Positions 1-7,393 of a stretch of 64,000 bases of DNA are shown one piece after another. Below the pieces are notes generated by a model. The model saw only the letters and a program-made list of their open reading frames with translations, had not been told where the DNA came from and searched no databases. This DNA comes from a virus. Taxonomy: Duplodnaviria; Caudoviricetes. The stretch spans positions 2,207 to 66,206 of the IMG/VR virus record IMGVR_UViG_3300046453_000060, one strand, 5' to 3'. Every line of letters begins with the position of its first letter. The first letter of the stretch is position 1. A program made the position numbers and the translations under genes.

Positions 1-155
1 ATGGCTCGAAAAGCCAGGCTGCTGAGGTTGATTTCGCGAGCGCCGAATCCATGCTCAGGCAAGGCCCTTGCGCCACCTCCCCTGCCCAGTTGACGCCTGC
101 CAAGTTGCTTTAAACCCAACACTGCGATGATCCCCTCATCAATACAGGAGGGGTC

Positions 156-617
156 ATGCAGAAAGAAATCTATCGAGCGAAAAGCGTCATCTATACGGGG
201 AATGTTAGCGACCTGGAGGGCCATGAGCCATTCGGCGATGGCGAGTGCGTCGCGCTGCCCAAGGCTGTCACAGACGTCGGGCACACCGGCCTATGGCGCC
301 CGGGCCCGCGCGTGGTTGACCTGAGCTACCTGAACCCAGGCACGGTTATCGCCAATTTTAAGTTCGATAAAAAAGGCGTCGGGCGATTCCCAAATCAGCA
401 CGGCTATCACGCAGCCCTCTTCATTGAGTTCGGCGCTCGGAGCCAATCGACCGGCCGGGCCACGCAAATCTGGATGATGGACCAATGGCGAAACCGCAAG
501 CCGAAAAATATCGTGCACGCGCGTTACGTGATCCCGCGCGGAGACAAGTCTTTTGCACAAGGGAATGCGTACGCCGACTCCGAGAACGCGGATCAGTTTT
601 ACGTGGTGATCGTATGA
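156..617 (+). CDS. Peptidoglycan amidase effector-like protein (BPSL0067/Tae2-like, papain-fold Cys-His)
   Basis: Motifs GECVALPK (Cys), HGYHAALF (His) and MMDQW; RBS caggagggg before ATG; no signal peptide. Confidence 0.75.
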   Translation: MQKEIYRAKSVIYTGNVSDLEGHEPFGDGECVALPKAVTDVGHTGLWRPGPRVVDLSYLNPGTVIANFKFDKKGVGRFPNQHGYHAALFIEFGARSQSTGRATQIWMMDQWRNRKPKNIVHARYVIPRGDKSFAQGNAYADSENADQFYVVIV

Positions 618-1015
618 GAACCCTGGCCTTAGCCTTCCTCTTTGCGGCGCCGGGCGCGCTGGCCCAGGTTATCGAATGCCCGAAATTCTACCCATGGCAG
701 GACACACCAATGTCCGAGACCCCATATCAACACAAGGGGAAAGGATTTGTTGCGAAGGCGAAGTTGGCCGGCGCCGGGATGTTCACCGGAGAGGCGAACG
801 GCCGTGAAGAGCTGGTGGGCGACGGTAGAAAGGTGAGGGGCGGTTGGGACGTGCGGCACGGCTTCGCCGGCGGCGAGACGAAGTGGCTTGTGTGCTCGTA
901 CGGTAACGGGGACATCACCTGGTGGGAGCAGCTGGATCCGAAGATTACCAGCTGCATCCTCCAAACGCGGGAGCGTGGGCGCGACCCGATGGACGTCAAG
1001 GCGACATGCAAGTGA
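614..1015 (+). CDS. Periplasmic immunity protein (STY0301/Tai2-like)
   Basis: ATGA overlap with the amidase stop; signal peptide MRTLALAFLFAAPGALA; four Cys; KWLVCSYG motif. Confidence 0.7.
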   Translation: MRTLALAFLFAAPGALAQVIECPKFYPWQDTPMSETPYQHKGKGFVAKAKLAGAGMFTGEANGREELVGDGRKVRGGWDVRHGFAGGETKWLVCSYGNGDITWWEQLDPKITSCILQTRERGRDPMDVKATCK

Positions 1016-1197
1016 TGGGCGAGAGCGATGGGCGGACCGATTTAGTGACTGCGAGCCGGGTCGACCTGGCGCTGATCCTGCTGCCGCTGGTTGGGTGGCT
1101 GGCGACGTCTGTCACCCTGGCGGTAAGCGGCGTGCCGGCCGACGTTGCAGTGCGAGTGCTCGTAATGCCTGCGGCGCGGCGCGACTACACAGTGTAG
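1015..1197 (+). CDS. Small hydrophobic protein (60 aa)
   Basis: TGATG coupling to the upstream gene; hydrophobic stretch LALILLPLVGWLATSVTLAV. Confidence 0.5.
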   Translation: MGESDGRTDLVTASRVDLALILLPLVGWLATSVTLAVSGVPADVAVRVLVMPAARRDYTV

Positions 1198-2420
1198 ACC
1201 TCGCGTTCATCTGGCGCTGCGATGCAGGCCTTTGCCAGCCTATCGCGGATCTCTTTGATCGTCAGTACCCGCCGCCCCTGCTCTCCATAGGTCTTCGAGC
1301 GCAGCACGATCGTGATCGACTTCCGATTGCGGTAGCCTGCGTCGTGTGCCCACTTGTCGAGCGCCGCCAGGTGGTTGAACGACTCGACGAAGATGCCGGG
1401 ATGCTCCTTCATCACCATGCCGTGATGCACGTGGCCGATGTCGACGTAGTGGAACTCGGTTTCGCCGTAGTCCTTCCGGTAGTCGTTCGTCATGACGTGC
1501 GCCAGCTGCGACGGCCGGCACTTGTCCGAATGGTGCGTCATCACCAGCGTATTGCCCATGCGGTAGGCGATGAAGACTGAATCGTTGTTCAGCACGTGCA
1601 CGCGGCCGGTGTGCCCATACGCCACGCGCAGCAGCTCCGCCATCCAGATGTCGTTCGTGCGGCTGTGGTTGCCCTGGTTGACGATGATGTCGACGTGCCG
1701 CGCCTTGGTCAGCGCCTTCTCGACGATGAAGCGCATCACGCGCGAGTACACCTTGATCATCTTCGGGAAGCGAGTGTCGCAGTCCAGGCGGTGCCGGCTG
1801 GCTTCGGTCTCACCCTGGAAATTTTCGTAATGGGTTGCGTCACCGAGATCGTTGATCACCAGGCGCTCGCAGGAGGGCAGTTCGTCGATCAAGATGCCGA
1901 TCGCGGCGCACAGTTCTTGCTCGGCGATCTTCAGGTCGAAATTCTCACCAACCTCGTTCGCATGGGCGAGCATGCCCAGATGCGCGTCGCCGATCTGGAT
2001 CCAGGGGATCACATCCGACTGAAAGTCGAGCGGCGCCGGCGCAGCTACCATCGGGCCGACATCCTCAAGGAATCCGGAGATCGCTTCGCGCATCAACTCG
2101 CGCTGCCGCTCGAGGTCGATCGCAGACTTTACCCACTGGCCAGTCGGCTTACCGTCCTTGTCGTAGTAGGTCGAGACGCCCTTGACCAAGAAGCCCTCTG
2201 GAACGGTTCGGGTCATGTCGTGCGCCGGCGAATAGCCTTGGCGCGCGGCGGCCTTCTTCAGGCGCTCGATCCCTTCCTGCACTGCGTTCTTGTGTACCCT
2301 CAGTTCGCGCGCGGCGGCCCGCATGCTGCCCAGGCGGTTCGATGCCTCGACGTACTGAGCTTGGCGCGTGGTCGGGGCGAACTCGAGCAGTCGTGGGTCG
2401 ATGATTGGTTGCTTGGTCAT
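1185..2420 (-). CDS. Phage calcineurin-like metallophosphoesterase with N-terminal HTH-like segment
   Basis: Motifs GDAHLG, NDLGD, GNHS, HHSD, GHVHH; N-terminal SMRAAARELRVHKNAV; RBS aagga before ATG at 2420. Confidence 0.75.
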   Translation of the reverse strand: MTKQPIIDPRLLEFAPTTRQAQYVEASNRLGSMRAAARELRVHKNAVQEGIERLKKAAARQGYSPAHDMTRTVPEGFLVKGVSTYYDKDGKPTGQWVKSAIDLERQRELMREAISGFLEDVGPMVAAPAPLDFQSDVIPWIQIGDAHLGMLAHANEVGENFDLKIAEQELCAAIGILIDELPSCERLVINDLGDATHYENFQGETEASRHRLDCDTRFPKMIKVYSRVMRFIVEKALTKARHVDIIVNQGNHSRTNDIWMAELLRVAYGHTGRVHVLNNDSVFIAYRMGNTLVMTHHSDKCRPSQLAHVMTNDYRKDYGETEFHYVDIGHVHHGMVMKEHPGIFVESFNHLAALDKWAHDAGYRNRKSITIVLRSKTYGEQGRRVLTIKEIRDRLAKACIAAPDEREVYTV

Positions 2421-2434
2421 GTGATCCTTTTCGA

Positions 2435-2896
2435 TTAGATCAGCGCTGCTTCGGCTTCGCGGCGCAGCACCAGGCCGCGCAGCACTCGCCCGCCGCCGCG
2501 GTTCCATTTACGGATCTCGGCCGGGACATCAGTCCAGCGGTTTGCATTGACGCGCTTGCGCAGCGTGCTTGCCGCAAGATTGCCGGCGCCGAGATTGAAG
2601 GCGAAGTCGATGAGGGCGGCCAGGCGCTCAGGCGTATCGACGGCGGGACAGAGGTGCAGTACCGCCGGAAGGTAGATCGTGCGCACCATCCACAGCAGCA
2701 GCGCTTCGGCGCGCTCGCGCGAGATTGCAGGGTCTTTGAGCATCACCCGGGCGCCGTTCTCGTAGTAGGTGGCGCCGTATCCGATCGACGGAATACCCGC
2801 TGGGCAGAGGTACGGCAACAGGAACAGACCCTCGAAGCGCCGGGCCAGCGCCGCCGCCACCTTGACGGCAAGCGCTTCGAACTCGGCCCGCGTCAT
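2435..2896 (-). CDS. Endolysin (GH24 lysozyme)
   Basis: FEG...PYLCPAGIPSIGYG, ALIDFAFNLG, GLVLRREAE. Confidence 0.92.
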   Translation of the reverse strand: MTRAEFEALAVKVAAALARRFEGLFLLPYLCPAGIPSIGYGATYYENGARVMLKDPAISRERAEALLLWMVRTIYLPAVLHLCPAVDTPERLAALIDFAFNLGAGNLAASTLRKRVNANRWTDVPAEIRKWNRGGGRVLRGLVLRREAEAALI

Positions 2897-3363
2897 CACT
2901 TGCCCCGCTTCAGCAGCGCGCGGTCCGCCACGAAGATGCCCAGCGCTGCGCCGACCAGCGCCCAGCCTTGCTCGTCCAACGTCCAGTTGTGGCGGTACAG
3001 GTGCAGGCTCCAGAGCAGCATGCACTCAGTCGCCAGCATCGGGCGGATGATGCCGTTCCAGATGTCGACCACCGCGAACCCGGTCTGCTTACCCGTCAGC
3101 TCGACAGCCTGGCCGAACACGCCGGCATCGATGCGCGCCAGGTCCGCTTCGCCCTGCACGCGGATGGTCTGTACGCCCAGGTCGGCCTGCACCTTGATGG
3201 CTTCCATGTTGCGGCCGTGCGCCGCTGCGTCGAGCTCACCCTGCAGGCGCAGGCGCTCGATCTCGTGCGAGTGGTCTTGACGGGCAGTCATCCAGGACGA
3301 GAGCTCGCCCCACATCATCCGGAAGACAGAGCCGCCGAAAAAGGAAATCAGAGCCGAGAACAT
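2896..3363 (-). CDS. Membrane protein of the lysis cassette (3TM/GTA-type holin-like)
   Basis: Coiled middle region, IIRP motif followed by two hydrophobic segments and a basic C-terminus; translationally coupled to the endolysin. Confidence 0.55.
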   Translation of the reverse strand: MFSALISFFGGSVFRMMWGELSSWMTARQDHSHEIERLRLQGELDAAAHGRNMEAIKVQADLGVQTIRVQGEADLARIDAGVFGQAVELTGKQTGFAVVDIWNGIIRPMLATECMLLWSLHLYRHNWTLDEQGWALVGAALGIFVADRALLKRGK

Positions 3364-3749
3364 TATTTGCCTCCAAGATTGCGAAGTTCGGTCGCGACAT
3401 CCGCCAGATCGGCGTTCTGCCGTTTAGCGATGTAGTTGAAGAGCCAGCGCACGATCGCCCAGCCCGGAAGGCCGCACGCGAACACCAGCCCGAACATAGC
3501 GACTAGGCCGATCGGGGTATTAGCCCAGGACTGCAGGCCGAAATGCTGGATCGCCGCGGCGCCGCCGCCGATCGATGCGACGACCGTCGAGATGATCCCG
3601 ACCGCCCACTCCTTCGGGCTACGCGGCGTCATCGTGCACATGACGACGACGGAGGCCAAGCCTGCGCCGATCGCGCCTGCACCGGCCGCGCCGCCGATCA
3701 GCTTCCAGCCAGCTACGCCGGCAGCGGTGCCGGAAATTGGTTCACTCAT
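3363..3749 (-). CDS. Putative holin
   Basis: 128 aa, three hydrophobic segments, MTPRSPKEW loop, located upstream of the endolysin. Confidence 0.65.
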   Translation of the reverse strand: MSEPISGTAAGVAGWKLIGGAAGAGAIGAGLASVVVMCTMTPRSPKEWAVGIISTVVASIGGGAAAIQHFGLQSWANTPIGLVAMFGLVFACGLPGWAIVRWLFNYIAKRQNADLADVATELRNLGGK

Positions 3750-3760
3750 GTTTTGCGCCT

Positions 3761-4321
3761 TCATTTGATCGGTGCAGGAAAAGAAAAACCCGCCGAAGCG
3801 GGTCCAGGTGGAGTCGGAGGCTTTCGCCAACGTTGGATCGGGGATTTCGGTAGGTCGGCCATGTGAAGGTCGATCGGGCGGACTCGCCGCATCATGTCGG
3901 GATCAAACAGGCGCACGCCGCCGGCTAGGACGATTGCGAAGACCAGATCGGAGCACCACCAGCAGGCGTCATCGGACCAGTCTTCCGAATAGGTCAGCGG
4001 GATGCCGATGGCGCCAGGCCAATCGTATTTTTTCGGCCTCGCCGGCGCCGCGGGTGCGCACTGCGCCTCAGCAAAGGCAATCGCGGCATCGATGTCCGGA
4101 ACCCATACGTGCATGTCCCGATAAACCGCAATCCCCTCCATTACCACGTCGACGGTGTCGGCGCGGCAGCCGTGCGCCATCGAGGCCTCGTAAGCGCGGT
4201 CCTCGATGATTGCCAGGGCGTGGCTGAACTGGCGCGAGCCGGCAGCGATGCCAACCGCGAGGCTGAGTGGGTTGTACGGCCAGCGACTGGTGAGGCGGAC
4301 AGTGATGATCCCGCTGCGCAT
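3761..4321 (-). CDS. Permuted papain-like (YiiX/YaeF, NlpC/P60-type) amidase
   Basis: N-terminal FSHA (His), KKYDW, C-terminal WWCSDLV (Cys): the circularly permuted catalytic order. Confidence 0.7.
   Translation of the reverse strand: MRSGIITVRLTSRWPYNPLSLAVGIAAGSRQFSHALAIIEDRAYEASMAHGCRADTVDVVMEGIAVYRDMHVWVPDIDAAIAFAEAQCAPAAPARPKKYDWPGAIGIPLTYSEDWSDDACWWCSDLVFAIVLAGGVRLFDPDMMRRVRPIDLHMADLPKSPIQRWRKPPTPPGPASAGFSFPAPIK
3779..3803 (-). terminator. Rho-independent terminator-like hairpin
   Basis: Minus strand acccgc-ttcg-gcgggt followed by ttttctttt. Confidence 0.6.
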
Positions 4322-4794
4322 CACAGCCCCGCTGCGGTGATGAACAGCTGGTCAAGCGCCTCTTCGTCAAGGCCGAGCGCCTGGCCCAGCATGACGACCA
4401 GCGGCCGGCTGCGTTCGACGCTGCTCGAGTAGTCCCACTCGATGCGCGCCGCTTCCCTATCCGGGCTTTCGAGTGAGTCGATCGCAGCATCCACCATCGA
4501 CAGCTTGCCGGCGGCGAGTAGCGCGAGCCGGGCCTGGCGCATGGTGACTTGCTGCGGGATCGGTGCGGGCGCAGGCGGCACAGGCGGCGCCAACTCGATG
4601 CCGTCGCGCGCTTCGTTGGCGCGGTAGTTGACCCAGTTGGCGGCCCGCTCCTCGTCGATGACGATCATGCAGTCGGCGTGCGCTTCGGGCAGGACTTGCA
4701 GGTAGCAGCCGTCGAGGCTCCCGTTGGCGTCGAAGGTCACGTAGCGCAGGGGTTGCGGCACTTTCGGTTCTGGCAGGTTTTCGAGGTGATCCAT
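4321..4794 (-). CDS. Tail fibre assembly/chaperone-like protein
   Basis: QVTMRQARLALL...IEWDYS...LDQLF C-terminal domain typical of genes following tail fibres. Confidence 0.65.
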   Translation of the reverse strand: MDHLENLPEPKVPQPLRYVTFDANGSLDGCYLQVLPEAHADCMIVIDEERAANWVNYRANEARDGIELAPPVPPAPAPIPQQVTMRQARLALLAAGKLSMVDAAIDSLESPDREAARIEWDYSSSVERSRPLVVMLGQALGLDEEALDQLFITAAGL

Positions 4795-5801
4795 TATGCG
4801 ACCTTTTTAATCCAAAGTTCCGAATAGACCTCAACGACGCTATTTGCGTTAGCGGCCGCCGTACCGAAAGTTCCCGATGCACCATTCACTTGCAAATGGC
4901 GTAACTGGATAGACTTGCTTGCGGAGATAGTGAATACACCGCGAACAAACGACCGGGACGGAACGGAGCCGGCAGACGTCGCATATTCACTAGTTCCCAC
5001 GTCGATTCGCGCAATATCGGTCACGTTCCACAACTCGGCTTGAAACGCATTTACGCCCATGCCAGGAACGCTTCCCACGTATTCGTAAGTTCCCGCAGGA
5101 AGGGTGACGGTATTGGCTGATAGCGACGCCCCGCTAATCGTGTTTGCTTTGACAGTGTTCAGCGTGCGTATGGTTGCGCCATTTGTAGCGACACCGCCGC
5201 CCGTCCCGTTTGGCTTTTCATCGCGCACATAAATGTATGGGAATGACGCTACCGATCCCGTGTCGCCCTTGTCGCCGGTGCGCTGGAAAGACAACAGGAC
5301 CAGATCGCCTTCGACAAACGGATTCGTCGAACTAGCGGCGAACACGGTGGCGATGCAGTCTTTGTAATTGGCGTACGACACGACGCTCGCCAAGTTGAAG
5401 ATAAGCCACTTCGTAGGGTCAGACGCTTTTACGAGCCGTATCTGCCCTTTGACCGCGCTGGTGGAATCATCGAATGTTTCGAGAACGGCATCGACCGATG
5501 TTCCGCCGGCTATCGTTTTATTCAGGTACAGATGGCCGGACGCGCCTTGCGCGGCAGAGTTGTCCACCGAAAGCTTACCGGTGGTGGCGGTAATAGCTCC
5601 GGTGGTGAACGTGTACGGAATCGCATACGCTCCGCCAGCGGCGATGCTGTTCAGATTGGCGGCGAGTGCGTTTGCTTGGGCGCCCCAGTTGGGCAGCGCA
5701 CGAAGCACTGCCGCCCACAGGTTGTCGAAGGTCTGTTGGTCCATGTCCTGATTCGGCATCTGCGCCGGATCGAGGAGTTCGGTAATTTGATTGCCGGCCA
5801 T
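4794..5801 (-). CDS. Tail fibre / receptor-binding protein
   Basis: Position; GDKGDTG junction; C-terminal beta-rich domain (TVTLPAGTYEY...EVYSELWIKKVA). Confidence 0.7.
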   Translation of the reverse strand: MAGNQITELLDPAQMPNQDMDQQTFDNLWAAVLRALPNWGAQANALAANLNSIAAGGAYAIPYTFTTGAITATTGKLSVDNSAAQGASGHLYLNKTIAGGTSVDAVLETFDDSTSAVKGQIRLVKASDPTKWLIFNLASVVSYANYKDCIATVFAASSTNPFVEGDLVLLSFQRTGDKGDTGSVASFPYIYVRDEKPNGTGGGVATNGATIRTLNTVKANTISGASLSANTVTLPAGTYEYVGSVPGMGVNAFQAELWNVTDIARIDVGTSEYATSAGSVPSRSFVRGVFTISASKSIQLRHLQVNGASGTFGTAAANANSVVEVYSELWIKKVA

Positions 5802-7393
5802 TAAACGGTTCCTTCAATTTGCAGGGCCATCTCCCATCGGGTGGCGCCCTTGATCACGGGTTTGAAACTGGAGTAGCGGCCGAAGGCAATGGACAAGCCA
5901 TAGTTTGGCGAGCCAATCCAGACGATCGGCCGCTGCCGGTAGTCGGCGAGCGCGTCGTACGCTGCGTCCACTTGATCGCTGTCGACCGACACGTCAGCGG
6001 TGATCCGCTTCGCCCAGGGCCGCAGGGTGGTCTTGCTCGTGCCGTCGAAATTGAACGAGGTTTCGGAAAAGTCCTTGATCTCGGCGCCGAGGCCCATCAG
6101 GGTCTTTCCCAGGTCGACAACCGGGCCGATGGCAAACATGCCGCACTTCGCGGTGCCGCCCGGCTTGCGCAGGCAGAGGGTCACGAGTGCGTTTGCGTAT
6201 GGCGGCAGTTTCAGACTCAGGGACCAGGTTCGCCGCTTGATGCGGTTGAAGCCCCAGTTCCAGAAGCTGTTGCCTGACTTTGACACGCGCAGGTTCTGCA
6301 CTTCCTGATACACCAGCCCCCTGTACAGATCGACCACCGACAGGCGCATTTCGGACGCGTCCACGTTTCCAATAAAGAGGCCGCGGCTGATTGCTTGGGG
6401 CGACAACACAATGATGATTTCCTCGGGGTTGGTCGTCTGCGTGTTGTTGTACTGGTCCAGCATGGCCCAGCGGTTCGTTGCGCCCCGCAGCGTCCAGGCA
6501 GTGGTATCGGTCAGCGCCTTGCCGACGTTGCCGGCGGCGAGCGACTGGTACACGCTGTGCGACGTCGGATCGTAGATCAGCGCATCCTTCGCGTAAGTCG
6601 TCGCCGCGTTATAGGGCGCCTCGATGATCGGCACGTTCGAATACACCAGGCCAGCGCCAGGAGCGATGACGTCAGCAGCGCGGGCGACCTGGGTAAATCC
6701 GGTCTGTATGTAGCTGGTCGCGCGGTCCTTCTCGCCCTGCACGCGCGTGACGAGTACCGCGTCGCCGACGGTCGTCGATGCGCTGGTGCCAGGATAAATG
6801 TACACGCCGGCTGTTTGCGTTACCGGGTACACGCGGGTGATCTCGATGAGCGTGTCCTCGGCTCTGCTCAAGCCCGTCACGCTATGAAGCGCGCCAGTCG
6901 CTTGCACGATCGCCCCGGGGCCGGAAACGATGCGCGCGGTGGCGTTTGCGTTCGGCCCCCATAAGGTGCCGTTCACGGGGTCGATCAGGCCGACCGAACA
7001 TTTGTCGGCTGTGTCGGCTCGCAGGGCCATCTGCAGGACAAGCTTGTCGCCCGCAGTGATGCCTGCGAAAGTATTAGAGCGGCTTTCGTTTTGCGAGGTG
7101 CTGCCCTTCGCTACGCGCACATACGGGATGCCGCGGTATGTGGCGGTCGTTGGCGACACGGGCGCCCCAGCCCACCAGTTCGCGCCGCTCAAGTCCTCCG
7201 ACCCGGTAATAAGGTTCGTTGCCGCCACCTCATACAGCGGGCGAGGCGCGGCACTCAGGTCCGCCGGGTCATACGTCACCGCCAGGGTATCGGCCGGCAC
7301 CTGTACCAGCGTGCCGTTCCGGTCGAAAACCCACTTGGGCGACGGACGTGAGCAGGCCACGTCGCCCAGGGTTACAGGGTCGATAATTTGCAT
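5801..7393 (-). CDS. Tail-tip protein with inserted carbohydrate-binding-like domains
   Basis: Directly after tape measure; CBM5/12-like YNAATTYAKDALI...VYQSL...W; GATNRWAMLD and GAEIKDFS segments. Confidence 0.65.
   Translation of the reverse strand: MQIIDPVTLGDVACSRPSPKWVFDRNGTLVQVPADTLAVTYDPADLSAAPRPLYEVAATNLITGSEDLSGANWWAGAPVSPTTATYRGIPYVRVAKGSTSQNESRSNTFAGITAGDKLVLQMALRADTADKCSVGLIDPVNGTLWGPNANATARIVSGPGAIVQATGALHSVTGLSRAEDTLIEITRVYPVTQTAGVYIYPGTSASTTVGDAVLVTRVQGEKDRATSYIQTGFTQVARAADVIAPGAGLVYSNVPIIEAPYNAATTYAKDALIYDPTSHSVYQSLAAGNVGKALTDTTAWTLRGATNRWAMLDQYNNTQTTNPEEIIIVLSPQAISRGLFIGNVDASEMRLSVVDLYRGLVYQEVQNLRVSKSGNSFWNWGFNRIKRRTWSLSLKLPPYANALVTLCLRKPGGTAKCGMFAIGPVVDLGKTLMGLGAEIKDFSETSFNFDGTSKTTLRPWAKRITADVSVDSDQVDAAYDALADYRQRPIVWIGSPNYGLSIAFGRYSSFKPVIKGATRWEMALQIEGTV

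Noticed and set aside
1-1200. Left attachment site
   Set aside because: No copy of the tRNA-Ser 3' sequence found by eye
4321-7393. Diversity-generating retroelement or invertase shufflon at the tail fibre
   Set aside because: No reverse transcriptase, no TR/VR pair and no invertase seen in the window
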